From the NCBI GenBank assembly GCA_051530055.1, contig CM121343.1:5674389-5738388 (forward strand): a stretch of DNA of 64,000 bases. Reading direction: 5' to 3'. This stretch comes from Neoechinorhynchus agilis (taxonomy: Eukaryota; Animalia; Acanthocephala). Both the position numbers and the translations under genes were made by a program. The notes under the pieces were generated by a model, which ran no database searches, was not told the DNA's origin, and worked only from the letters and a program-made list of their open reading frames with translations. Positions 1 through 12,900 of this stretch are shown here, piece after piece. Each line of letters begins with the position of its first letter. Position 1 is the first letter of the stretch.

Positions 1-361
1 ATCCATAAAGAAGTTCAATTTAACTCTTCTCATCTTCATACTTGATTAATGCTTTTTTATAAAAATTGGAAAAACATTAAATTTTGAATTTATGGTACGC
101 GGCGACGAAAATATGCGCATTATGTTTTATTGAGCGAATTCCAGTTCCATAACAAAAATAATAAAATTTTAAAATTGTATTGCATCAGCAGAATTAATTT
201 TTAGCAATGCTAAAATTATAGCAATATCAAACATGAACAAAAATTGAACTGTACGCCATGATCGTTAAAAATTATACTTTTGAACTGTTGTTCCTTTAAT
301 GTTATTTTTGGTGAATGCTCTTGATATCAGACTTCAGTTCTCTTTAAAATACAGCGATCCG

Positions 362-970
362 CCATTGCCATAGGAAATTTAATTTTGAAGTTTTGGCTTT
401 GTTTGGTATGTAACTTATTGAAGTAATTTCCTCTTTTAGAAGTCCCTGCTGTAAAAAGCGTTCAAGCCAGAGGGTTTAATGGATATAAAATATTTTAGCG
501 AGTGTCTAATAAGTCGAAAATTTCAAGATGCTACCAAAGTATTAATGCAATATTAAACGAATATGGTTTTACTACTATTTAAGAGGCAAACGGAGTTCGT
601 TTCTACACGCAAATTAAATGGAACTTTACGGTGATCCCTTTTGAGGCGACGAAAAGGTATTTAAATGTTTCTCCATTGCCATAGGAAATTTAATTTTGAA
701 GTTTTGGCTTTGTTTGGTATGTAACTTATTGAAGTAATTTCCCTCTTTTAGAAGTCCCTGCTATAAAAAGCGTTCAAGCCATAGGGTTTAATGGATATAA
801 AATATTTTAGCGAGTGTCTAATAAGTCGAAAATTTCAAGATGCTACCAAAGTATTAATACAACATTAAACGAATATGGTTTTACTACTATTTAAGAGGCA
901 AACGGAGTTCGTTTCTACACGCAAATTAAATGGAACTTTACGGTGATTCCTTTTGAGGCGACGAAAAGGT
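362..970. repeat. Tandem duplication of a ~298-bp segment (copies 362-658 and 673-970, period ~311 bp)
   Basis: Near-identical sequence from ccattgccataggaaatt to gcgacgaaaaggt occurs twice. Confidence 0.95.
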
Positions 971-1142
971 TTTTAGATGTTGGAATTGAACAAGTCTTAC
1001 AGAATCACGTAGACCTTTTGCTTAAAAGTCACACCGTTTTCTTTTTAGATGAACATTTTTGCAACTACGTGTTATGTTTTTCTTTGCTAAAAATGTGGAG
1101 CAAGTGTGTCGTTGGAAAGAAAAGGAGGACGCACAGCAAATT

Positions 1143-1953
1143 ATGGGGAATGCAAAATCAAGCAATCGTTTCATTAAAAAAGGCGAAATTACTGATGAAG
1201 GTATCCAACACTTGGTGGAACGCACTTCATTTCGTAAAGACGAGATAATTGATTGGTATAATAATCTACAATCGCAGAATGATATTGAGCCTTTTTCAAG
1301 GTTTAAAAAAATCACTCAGAACATTTCGAAGCGAGTCAGTCATGAGCCTGAAAACGATGATGTACTTGTTTTCATTTTTAACGCAATTTCAAAGAATCCG
1401 GATTTTGTTGAGATGGTTGATCTAGCTTATGGTTGGATCTGCGGCGACGATATTAACAAACTTTGCATAGCATTTCACTTGGTCACAACTTTTTAATGGT
1501 ACCTTCAATATGTTGCAGAAAATTCCTTTTAATAACTTTTTAAATCAACGTCAAGCAGCTTAGCTTTTCCTTTGCGTATCAATGGATGTTTGATGCTAAC
1601 CGTAGTGAGTCGAATAAAATCGATGAAATATCCATAATTCATAGCACTACTACAAATATTTGAGAAAACTTTTATGAAGTCCAAAGCAGGTTTTTTCAAC
1701 TTGCAACCGAGTAAAATGCTCAATTTTGTTTGATGCATGTGATTCAAACAAAAATGGCCAAATTGGAAAAAGTGCCATACAACGACTATTATCAGTGACC
1801 GATAAACATCATACGGAAAAGGGTTTATTTCTGAAAGCTAAAGAAATTCTAAGGCAAGCAGACAAAAATAACGATAAGCGTTTAACTCGTTCTGAATTTA
1901 TCAACGCTTGCATCCACAACGATACAATCAAGCATATGATAATGCCGAATTAA
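1143..1953 (+). CDS. Neuronal calcium sensor (hippocalcin/NCS-1/recoverin-like) EF-hand protein; at least 2 exons, junction between AFHL and CDSNKNGQI unresolved
   Basis: Myristoylation-like start MGNAKS, ERTSFRKDEIIDWY (cf. ENTEFSELELQEWY), KLCIAF, EF loops DSNKNGQI and DKNNDKRLTRSEF. Confidence 0.75.
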
Positions 1954-3717
1954 TCGATATGCACCTTCAGAGGACACCAATAACAATCGGGAGAGTGCAA
2001 TTCATATTCGACATCCTCTTCGGTCCATCGCTCATTCTCCAGACCTTCAATAACACCATCAGCATATTTTCTGATTAAATCCCAAGCTTGGTCTATATGT
2101 TTAAGATTTGAGTACTCAGCACCAACACATAACCGAATTATTCTGCGGGACTTAATCTCGCAACTGGTCAAGTATATTTTGTGCGAAACATTTAAAAATC
2201 GAACCAAAAGCCCAGTTCGTTTGTTGTCACTCATCCGAAAGCAGACAAGTCCTGTTTGAGGCTCATTGACTAAAAATAGATCATGATCTTTTCCTTGGGT
2301 TTTGATTCGAAGTGCCATATACTTTGCTAACATAACAGTTCTTCGAATATGGCTCCGAAGACCGGTTAAACCATAAGTGGAGAGCACCATCCAAACTTTT
2401 ATAGCTTTAGAGGGTCTGCTTAACATAAGACCGTAATCTCGCATATCACAAAATTCGTCAGAGCACCCAGGTCTAAGATACGATACATCAGATATAGACA
2501 TTGCAGCTTTTAGATGGACCGCATGTTTTGTCCATAGACAACAACATCCGAGACCAGTAAGTAACCACTTATATGGATTAACAGTGATTGAATCACATTG
2601 ACCAAAAGAGAGATCCGTCTCTGACTGGGCTAAAAAGCGGCGCATTTCGGGGCATATGCAAATAACGTTAATATTTAGAACCTTATTAATGTTACCAGGA
2701 TTTAAGAGAGCGGCGCCGGAGTAAGATGCGTCCACATGCAACCATAAACTATAAGATTTTGCCAAACTAGAAAGCATCGGGATCGAATCGTTAGAACAAA
2801 CCGGAGTTGTTCCCAATGTTGCATAGATCATCAGTGGTTCTCGGCCTACACTGATGTCGCCAAGAATTGCAGTTTCGACGGCCTCCCGACGTGTCAATCC
2901 CAGTGAAATGTCGTCCACGTCCAACGTGCGAATTATTATGGGCTTATTTGCATCGTATGATCTTGTAAGATTTAGGATTTTTACTGCTTTACGAATACAA
3001 CTGTGCGATAGTTCCGATACATAGACGACAAATTGTCGCGAAACTGGGTGCTTAAGCCATAAGTTCTCAGTTTTCAGAAATGAGTTTGAGAAATCATGCT
3101 CTAGAACCATCAGATCGGCTACTGAGCAAGTATTTAAAAACTTTTGCCAAAACTTGATAAAGTTGGCCATAAGTATGATTGGACGAGGAAGCGACGGTAG
3201 TACATTTTGCCCGGGATTGCAAAGCTGCAGCTAAAACAACGATTGCGGCTTCACTTGCTGATGTTAACATTACATTCATTCCACCCTTTTCAATTGAGAA
3301 CGAATCACAGAGACCAAATGCTCTTCGGAGCCATTCCAAAACGGTTAGTTCCAATTCAACGCTCATTGGACTGCACTGCCAGCTGAACGCTACATTTCCT
3401 AATCCATTGGCCAATAGATCACCAATCAGTGATGCAAAACATGCCCCACTAGGAAAGTAAGCAAAGAATAACGAATGCTGCCAGTTTACAGAGCCAGGCA
3501 AAACAAAATCGCTGAACTGCTTTAGAACATCCACTATGGGTACAGGCGTATCGGGTACTTCGCCACCCAGAACGCCTTTTAAGTAACCCGGCCGGATATC
3601 AGTGGACGATGGTGTTACATCCGTGGCATCTTGGATACCGTCTTTGTTTGAATTCCGATACTTGATTATAGTCTCGGCTACCATAGTTAAGGCAAAACGG
3701 AAACTGTCAGCATCCAT
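1950..3717 (-). CDS. Group II PLP-dependent decarboxylase (aromatic-amino-acid/histidine/tyrosine decarboxylase family), interrupted by two TA-bounded hairpin inserts
   Basis: Motifs PGYL, WQHSLFFAYFP, SPMSVELE, SASEA, LHVDASYSG, NPYKW (PLP lysine), KVWMVL; ORFs 3094-3717 and 1950-3170 lie in different frames. Confidence 0.9.
2655..2704 (-). other. TA-bounded hairpin insert (48 nt + one TA), in frame, in the decarboxylase
   Basis: TA at both ends; arms aacattaata/tattaacgtt (9/10 paired); removal gives SGAALLCPEM (family AGSAFICPE). Confidence 0.6.
3053..3103 (-). other. TA-bounded hairpin insert (49 nt + one TA) at the decarboxylase frame break
   Basis: Arms catgatttctca/tgagaacttatg; removal joins the two ORFs as DGSKHPVSRQFVVY. 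Confidence 0.65.
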
Positions 3718-5309
3718 GGACGTGCAACCAATGTCTCGAAAAGTGATGAAAATTTTCCTTTAATACATGAGTGAATCACGTAAAAAACACATCAAATTAA
3801 TATTACCATTGCAATGAGATTCCCGGTGCGACCTAAGCGAGTCACAAAATCACGACTTTTATGCTTTATCCTTACAATTTTCACGACCATTATTCGTGAT
3901 GATGGCATCAAAGGCATAAATGAAGCATCAAAAATAAAACTACTATTTCCAACAATCATTCTCAGTTCAGTACAACATCTTTAGAGCAAAACATTTTAGA
4001 AAAATCTTGGAAAATAATGCGAGATGGCTCATTTATTATAGAAACATTTCAATACCACAGGAAAACTTAGAACTGACACCTCTCATTTTTATCACCTACC
4101 CTTGAAAAAAATGAGCAAATGGATGCCAATTCAAAAATGGTTTAAATGTGTGAGATAAAAAATTATTTTAGTCACTAAAAATGACTTCATTCATTTTAAA
4201 TGAGAAAAATTGAGCTTCATTTGAATCCGAGAGTTAAAACTAATTATGTTTACGTTCAGATATAGTTTCGCAAATCCTCCAATATTTGGCTTAATTTATA
4301 TGCTCAGAAGGTTTGATTATTAACGAATCATCGAATTTATTTTTGCAGTTTATGTAGATTAAACAGAAACTCTTTAATTCGGCACTAATAACAAGTGGAC
4401 CTTGTTGGTGATCGTCTTACCGGAATGCATTACTGAACCTTATCTGTCCTTTCGACCGTTACACCGCTAATGAATGATCACAGATCAATTAACACAATCT
4501 CCAACATCCAGCAGAAATGTTGAAAACTTGCAGAATGATATTTAAACTTGAAAATTGGCGATTCTCTTTAGAAATTTAACATCAAAATATAGGACAAATT
4601 TTTGATACTTCAAAGCTGCAGAAAATCCTCAAACTTCACAGAGATGACTCATCTGATATCTTCAAATAGGAAAGCATCGATTTAATCGAAGTCAACGACA
4701 AGACGAGTAGGTCGCGATAATTTTAAATGCAGTAAAGCAGAATGATTTTGGTCGTTTTTCTGCTTCCAAAATTCATTCTAATTTCAAAAGCACTGAAAAA
4801 GTTCAGTGGTTGAGAAAGTTGCGATATCTACAATCTCATTGTAAGACTAAAAGTCGTACCAGAAAATCTAGTTTGTCCGAGACTGCAAGTCAGGAGTTGC
4901 GATTTGATTGCGACAATTGAGGACTTAGAAGAGTTCCTAAAAACATCTCATTTTATGCCTCACGGAATCTTCAGGAAACCTTTGTAAAAGTGGTTACCGA
5001 GTCTTTATGAACGAATTAAAATTTAGTAAAAAAGGCTGCATGTCAAAAGATTGTGGTGAAGGTCGTACTTAATGAGAATTAGGCGTATTTACTTTGTGGA
5101 CTATTAAGTGCATCAAATAATAGCAATTTATGGGAACTCTAATGTAATGGAGGAAAACGTCAATCGAGCGTATTTGATTTGGAAGTATACAGATGAATCA
5201 AGTTACACATGCACTCATGACAATGATTCATCTTTGCAGACCGGCATTGCCGGTTAAAACTTTGTTGGCAAAATACAACGCGCAATCGAATCAAACAAAA
5301 TAGTCCTCA

Positions 5310-8017
5310 TTAATGACCTTGAGTATGCTTCGAGGGTTGCGTGGATTTGCTAAATTGGGATGCTGAAGTCCTAACAAATGCTTCGAGATCGCCAAGGGCA
5401 ATACTTTGGTCCTCATTTGACTTAAAAGGATTTTTACCCGCAGCACCGTGGAGGCCAATCATTGGATCAGTTGCTTCCTGGCTCACAAATGGGTTATTTG
5501 ATTGTATGAAGGTCGGTTGTAGCGCGGAGGGCGACGGGTTTTTTTCCAATGTTGCGAATAAATCCTCCACTGTTGATTCAGAGTCCTTGTGTTCTTGAGT
5601 TTTCATCGTGGACGGGATTTCGAAGTCCAAATCCAGCAAGTCTTCATGATGACCGAGATCCGAGTCGTTCTTTACAATGCTTTGCATTTGAGGACTTTTC
5701 CGCTTCTCAACGAACCCAGGTGATTTATGCGACACACTACAGGAAATACTATTGTTACCTTTTGATGTTCTTGTTCAAAAAGAGATATAGCTTTTGCTTC
5801 GTCTTCGATCGCTTTAATTTGCTCATCAACATTAATACCAGTAATTGGTCTAGAAAAGGAAGACGATATTTAGTACAGTCTGTGGCTCCAACTTACTTTG
5901 TAACCAATTCACTTGGTACAACTCTCTGATGTTGACTTTCTCGGGGGCCGGATGTCCCTTCGAGAGAAGCACAGTAAGTCTCTAGTGTAGCTAGTAAGGA
6001 CTCCGGTGCTTTTTTGAGATCAGGGATTTCATTTCTTTGTGTTCCGAAATTTTCCGCTGTTTTGAGAAAGTTGGTAACACTATCACTTCGCAAAATAAAT
6101 CCTCGATACATTTCGAGAGCTTCTTTACATTGGGGTTTCCTGAGATCAAAGAAGCATTCTAAATCAAGCTTTTAAAGGTAAGACGCGGATTTTTTGATCA
6201 ATGCAGCGTCGGCGTAAAAAGCAGATTTACGGTCCCGACGCTAATCTATTAGATTTAAAATGATTTTCTTCCCTTTCAAAAGACGGGAGCAGTCGCCAGC
6301 CTCAGCGAGGAAAAGAAACGACATAAGTACTCTTCGCTTGATGGGCATCAATATATGTATTCATCCCGATTGCGGTGGAAATGCTGGGATGCCTCGGAAA
6401 AGAAGCCGATTATTTCTTTTCCCGACTGGGAAAGATGCTGAAATATGCCACCGGCGACATGCGCTCCAGCAGCTTCCTGATGCAGCGAATCAGCGCGGCA
6501 ATGCGCGGCCATCAACGAAGCTGCCGAACAATCATGACGACGGTTGCAGAATTGGATGAAAAGGAGGAATTCGTGAATGATTAAATTAACTGATTTAAAA
6601 AAATAAGAAAATTTATTGTTTATGATTTTATGTTACACAATTCTACCATACCAAAGTGAAACGATACCACGAAATGGCAAACATGAAGTGGAGCACGAAG
6701 CATTTCGCTGGATTTATCTGGCTATGAACAAAAAAATCCATCGCGACATTTAAACTGGAGTATTAAATTTTCACCATAATTTTTTTACTTTGGATTAATG
6801 GTGCAAATTTCTACGAAGAAAAAAATGGTCACGTTGTCCTGATGAATATTATTATATTTTTATTCGCTATCTTGTACCAGCAAAATGCATAATTTTTCAA
6901 CTAGAACGCATTAGTAATTGAATGCTAAAAAGATGAATTTACCACAAGTTATTAAGATTCAAAAATAAACAAATGCATAGTAGATCTTTCGTGAAATGCA
7001 CAAAAATTTAATTCGACTCATGGTAAGTTTTTATTGCAACAGAATGAATTGCAAAATCGCCGTAAAAAAAGTAGTGATATTTTGTAAAGGATTTTGATTT
7101 CCGCAAAAATAGATACCTACCCAATACAGTGGTCATGGCATCATTATAACAGGCATATAACCTGATTATATCCTTGAACATAAGGTAGCAAGCGGCGCAA
7201 ACGATAGAATTCATGATTTCTACGCTAGTTAACTAAGTAAGAAAAATAAGAAAGTCGAGATTATATAGGATCGCCGATTACCGTAAATCCAGTGATTGCA
7301 TCTATTTGGGTTTGAATAATCGGAGTTACTTTGGACAACTAAATGTATGAGTAAAAATCAGGTCCTTTTAAAATTTTACAAACCTTTTCGAATGGCATTC
7401 TTGCAAGGGTTCCTCCATCTTCTCGCCTATAATCGACAATTTTATAAAGATATTTCCTTCAAATACGCACCCTCGTTTGATACGGCAAAGATCGAAGCCA
7501 TTAATACGATAAGCTTCCCGTTTACCGTCCAGATAGGCTGCATATTTACGAATGTGGGTAGACATTTCGAATCCCGTAAGACTTGAGCGGTCCCAGAATT
7601 GCCCTAACTGGAACCGTTGACTGTAAGAAGCAATACAAGCTTCAAATCGTTCATTTCCGGAATTCATAAGATGATGTATAGTGATGAGGGCTTTAAAAGT
7701 AACGATCCAGCTCGAGGTTTTTAATCTTTCCAATAAAAGTTCGACCATCTGTGGCACGGACACATTTGATTGATTTGTGCAAAGCAGTACAAAATCGATT
7801 CTCGTGTATTCAGCATTCATACCATGAGAATCGATAGTTTTAAGTAGTTGACATGTTTCCGTTTAGGTGGAATAAGTTCCTCGGTAGTTGCCTTGCAGAC
7901 TGCTCGTCCGACTGCTGACCCCGTTAGTGTGTGTTTAGCGGCTTGCAAACGATCAGTAAGGCTCTGTCCCCCTCCACCGCCACCGGTAAGACCGCCGCCG
8001 CCGACGTTGTAGTTCAT
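5310..8017 (-). CDS. PICALM: PICALM/AP180 clathrin-assembly protein (ANTH domain), multi-exon
   Basis: [68 protein letters not shown]-terminal DLLDLDF and NPF motifs; GT-AG introns traced. Confidence 0.93.
6285..6584 (+). mobile_element. 3' fragment of a CRE-like (RLE) non-LTR retrotransposon inside a PICALM intron
   Basis: EEKKRHKY...IPIAVEMLG...[18 protein letters not shown] matches the RLE C-terminal FVPxAVETxG...FLxQRISxAIQRGNAA motif. Confidence 0.75.
7788..7842 (-). other. TA-bounded hairpin insert (53 nt + one TA) in the PICALM ANTH coding region
   Basis: Perfect 10-bp arms atcgattctc/gagaatcgat; contains a stop and frameshift; removal gives KHVNYLLLCTN (family KHLDYLIQCTN). Confidence 0.85.
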
Positions 8018-8999
8018 TTTCTGCAATGTTAGAGAGCAAGGCCTCGTTTGGTATGTGAAAGCGAAAATGTCGACTTTGAAAAGTGAGTTTTTTGAGAACT
8101 GGCGGCGGGATGTACGCCGCAAATGAATCGATTTTTTTGAAACCCCAGACTAGATTGCATTTATTCAGCTACACGAAATGGGAACAACATTCATAAGCTA
8201 CTCATTCCAATGCATTCACTTACACGGAAAAAAACTGCCACCAACACCACCACTCGATTATACATATCGAATAGACGAGGTGCAGCGACGATACGCATAA
8301 AGACTGCACAAAAAGCTCTTAAGAATTTTTACTCAAAATACGCCACATCACGCATTCGATCGATGTTGAACCAATTTTGAACGCTATTCAAACAAAGAGC
8401 GCACGCTAATGAGTGCGATCATCCTCAAGGTGTGTAAGCACCAATACACACGCGCGCGTCAAACTAACCGACCGCGGAAGAATGTGGATCATAGGATATT
8501 TTTCGAGATTGTGCCTCGTCGGTTCAACTCGTAATTTCTCTTATGAAAACGGTCGGTGCTGCTGCACAACCTCCAACTCGCTGAAGGATTTTCCCTTGAT
8601 CGTTTGAGGATATATGAAACAAACGTCATAAACACTTGCGAAAGAATCTTGATAAAAGCTCTGGAATGAGCCAACATATTGATTCAATAAATTTGCGTAT
8701 TTTCGTCGCCACTACACAACAATCATGAGCAGTTTCATTTTTCAATAATTTATTTACATTTAGACCATGGACACGTGAGTTTTAGTTAAGATACCATTCA
8801 TTAACTCATCGACTATCTAGGATTTGTCACTGATTTACATTTTATAATTTCCTAAATAGAATTATCGTAATATCACGGTAGCTTATCTCGAGTGTAAGGA
8901 AATATACAATTTCCTAAAAAATAATCCATGTTTGTTTTTAAAGAATCCTGTAAGGGTAAATAGGCATGATTATTAAAGTTATTCGATTACATTTCTTTA

Positions 9000-9165
9000 G
9001 AGATGTTATGTTTGTTCGGCAGCTTCCTTGATGGCCGCGGCATTGCCGCTTTGGATCGCCGCGCTGATTCGCTGCAACAGGAAGCTGCTGGATCGCATAT
9101 CGCCGGTGGCATGTTTTAGCATCCCTCCCAGTCGTGAGAGGAAATAATCGGCTTCTTTTCTCGAG
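9000..9165 (-). mobile_element. CRE-like RLE retrotransposon 3' fragment (same subfamily as 6285-6584)
   Basis: [51 protein letters not shown]. Confidence 0.75.
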
Positions 9166-9399
9166 TAATTGCAATATCGGACTTACCTTTCTGAAATCGT
9201 AGGCACATTAGATTTTGAGCGTTGAAGAAAAGTTTAACGAAAGTATATTTACAATTATAGAACCATATTTTAGACAGAAAGAATATAGCAAGCTTTTTAA
9301 TTAACATGTTCATAGAATCATAAGATAAAAATTTAATTTTCTTAATATTTGGTAAAAATTTATAAAACGTGTTTAGCCTATGCTCCGGCGATGGTACTA

Positions 9400-12300
9400 A
9401 AAATAAGAGTCTTAGTTATTCTCAATGGCGAATTGTAACACACTCGAGCTTTATTGAACTGTTCATTGCGAATTTTCAAGGCCTCAGCCTCCTTCTCAAG
9501 CATCTAAAAATGGATGTGGTGGGGGTACCTAAGTTGGTAGATTTCTATAAAACTCGGGTGTGTTACAATTCGCCATTGGGAATATACATCCAATCGAAGG
9601 AACAATTGGATAGTCTTAGTTATGTTAACGATGAATCGTTGGTTGTCTTAGTCGTTAGGCCCTCTTGTCCACGCATTTGACTCTTTTAATAACGCTTCGG
9701 ATCCTTCCCAACTTATACCTAGGAAACGTTAGTAAAGGGATTTGCAGCCCAAGCAGCTTATTATTTTGTACCACTTTGGGTACATCTGTGAGATTGGATA
9801 AAAGAGTAGAGATCCTGATATGGTAGCCTTTTTCCGATTATTAGGAACTATAAAACAGTTTTGTAAATTGAGAGACAAATGAGCTTTACGCAAAAGCTTG
9901 TTGATCTCACTTAAACATTTCTTAATTGTTTCAGCGATATTTCTTAAAAATTTCTCTGATAAGAAAAGTGATATGTCATCCGCATAAATAAATAATTTGG
10001 ATCCACTTTTTAACTTAAAACACTTAAATAAAAAGCCTAGCTTTTAACAAATAAAATTGGGGAAAGAGGCGACCCTTGAAGGACTCCATATATAGGTTAA
10101 AAAATTCTCCTATCCTTATCGAGATCAAAGAAAACTCTTGGTTTCTAATAATATCATAATGTGATAAGTTTTTTGGCATTTTAAAAAAACGTAGGGCCTT
10201 AGAAATGAAGGCTTGATCAATTTCATCGAAGGCTCTGGATATATCTATTTGTAAAATCACGTTTGCAGAATTTAATTTGGCTCTAGTAAGCTCATAAGTT
10301 CCCCCATTAAGGAATGTACACCTCTGTCTGGAACAAAACCGTGCATAAAATCAGGAAACAATCATTTATCCTTCATATATTCCAATAGCTTTCATGTAAT
10401 TACGCGCTCAATTACTGAGATCAGTGGATCTTGAGGAGATATGGGTCGCACTCCACCAGTTGATAAATTCTTAAGTTAAAAAATATTTTTGAGATTAAAC
10501 TCGCTTTAATATCGTCATTTTTAATTTAAAAATAGCCGGTGGTGTCGAGAACTGATCTACCCATTGACCAGGCTTTAATAAAATCTCCAAAGCATGGAAA
10601 ATAATCGGTTTCTTTAATATTATCATTAAAATTGATTGGTCCCAAATATGGAGCAAGGCGTATCTCGCCCACATGGAAGTTTAAAATAGATTTGACAACT
10701 TCTGGATATGAGGCGATTCAAATCCATGAAGCCGCTTTTGATTTCCAATCCACAAATTTTTTGCTTAAAATAATATTCCACCACTTTTTGGAATGAGTAG
10801 CGCATTTTAAAAGTTTATCTCTCTCTTCATTTCATTCCAGTATAGCGAAGTAAAATATTTGTTTTTAAAAAAATCAGCTATTGAATGGTAACCGGTTTCT
10901 TTGGCCTCAACCTCCAATTTGAGAAGATAATTTAGATTAAAATCATGTCTCCAAAAACCGAAAACCTTAGTCTTTCTTAAAGACGACTCCGAGGCGAGAG
11001 AGCATAAGTTATGGACGTTGAGGAGGGCTGAATCTTGACTTAAAATTGCAGGTAATTTAGATAAAATATATTTTTTAGATAAAATAATATTGTTAAAAAA
11101 TAAAACCTTTCTATTATTAATAATGTAAGACTTTTGCGATACACCTCCGATGCTGGTGAAAACCATGGCATCATGTCCCAAGCGCCATTTCATTCTTATT
11201 TGCATTTCCAATGAGAATATAACATTAATTCGTTTGTTAAAGAATGTACCATCAATAAAAGAATGACACCCTGTGGACCGATTATATAACGATGGTTCCT
11301 CCGGTAAAATAATATAATAATCGGAAACGAATATGTTTCTAAAGGCATTCAAATAGTTATTGTTACTCAAGCTTGATTTCTGATTCCGATAAAAATTAGC
11401 CCATGTCAGACGCTATGGTCCTCCTTACTTTACTTTAAGTAGAAAAGGGTTCAAAGTGGACATAATTTGAATGGCAAATTCATAAGTGTGCTTTTCGAAA
11501 AGTATTTTAGGAGAAATTTCTTTTCTGAGGTAAGACTGTAAACCTCCAAAGAAGTTTGTTCGAGATGATAGAATGTACAGAGTTAAAAAACATTGAAAAT
11601 CAAATAAATTCAAAGAGGGTCTTAGTCACGTTTCTTGTAAAAAACATGCACAAAAGTCATTTTGCTTTCTTATTATAGAATCTTTTTCCTCAATATAAAG
11701 GATTTGCCTATGTTACAAGAGATAAAACGAAAGCTATCCATTTGCATGTGTTGTTTCTGAGGTCTAGAATACATCTGACTTAATTCTATACTGGTAATTG
11801 ATATGGCCCCCTTGAGCTTCCACAATTTTTGAAGCAACCTTCTCTTCTTTATTGGGTTTCTTATTCCCACTACTATTCCTAATTTCCTCCAAGGATTTTG
11901 ATTTTAAATCGTTTTCTTTCTTGAAGGCCTCTAATTTATTAGAAATAACATGCAATACCTTCAATTCCTCTTTTAAAGCGCAATTTTAATTTTTCAAGAT
12001 CCGACGCCACGTTTCTAATTGCATTTGGATTATTACCCAGGCGAGCAGGTTGGCTATAGGATAAAGGAGAAACCATAGACTTGCCGGGATTGGGAGTATT
12101 ATTGTTCATAAAGAAGTTTAGATATTTTTTGGCTTCGACGCACCTTGTGTCATAGGCTTTGTGGTCTAGACCACAATTAGCACATTTTCTGTGGAATTTA
12201 TTTGAACATCGACTGGAGAGATGAGCACCACTACAGTGCGTACAGATAACAGTGTGAACGCATTTGAACGCAGCGTACCCCATCGTTGGCATTTCCGACA

Positions 12301-12900
12301 TTGGTAAAGGATAAAATCATCCATGGTATTTTTAAATACCGTAAAAGTAGCACTAAAGCCACAGAGTCCGATTGAAATACCGTTCCTCTTGGTAGCGTTG
12401 TCTATATCAGTTTGACCTAATATTACATATAGTAATTGGGAATTCGACTTGAAAAGATACTTCAGAAAACTTATTCCTAACTCATCCTTCATATATTTTT
12501 TAGGGCAATTATTTCATGAAATGAGTTTTATATTTTTCTGAAAATAGTACTACTTTTTGAGAGAATTGGTTGGCAAATATTTTTTGAAAATTTTAGCATC
12601 ATAAGGATGCACTTTCGCGAATTCTTTAATTATCCATTTGATATCAATTCCTGTTTTCTGTATATCTTCATTTTTCAGCACAACGATGTAGTCTTCTTTC
12701 CTTATGGGGCGAAGAGTATACCCATTTGAAACCTTATTTTTCATAATTTCATTAGTAACTGGAAACAAACTGTCCTCGCCAAAGACCGAAAACCGTTGAG
12801 CGATCTCATTGCCCTGAACATTATATACAGCAACATCGACAGGCATTCTTTTTGTCGGTCTCACTCTCGCGCAAACAAACCTCGGAAACCGAAATTAGCG
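9400..12900 (-). mobile_element. Decayed non-LTR retrotransposon (Jockey/I-like): gag-like ORF1 with three zinc knuckles, ORF2 APE endonuclease + RT, many stops and frameshifts; ends approximate
   Basis: CRKCQRWG, CTHCSGAHLSSRC, CANCGLDHKAYDTRC; FISCNIG, SFIDGTF..LGHDA (APE); VRPIS, HGFVPDRG, IDISRAFD, YADD (9975-9986), RFLGI. Confidence 0.8.
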
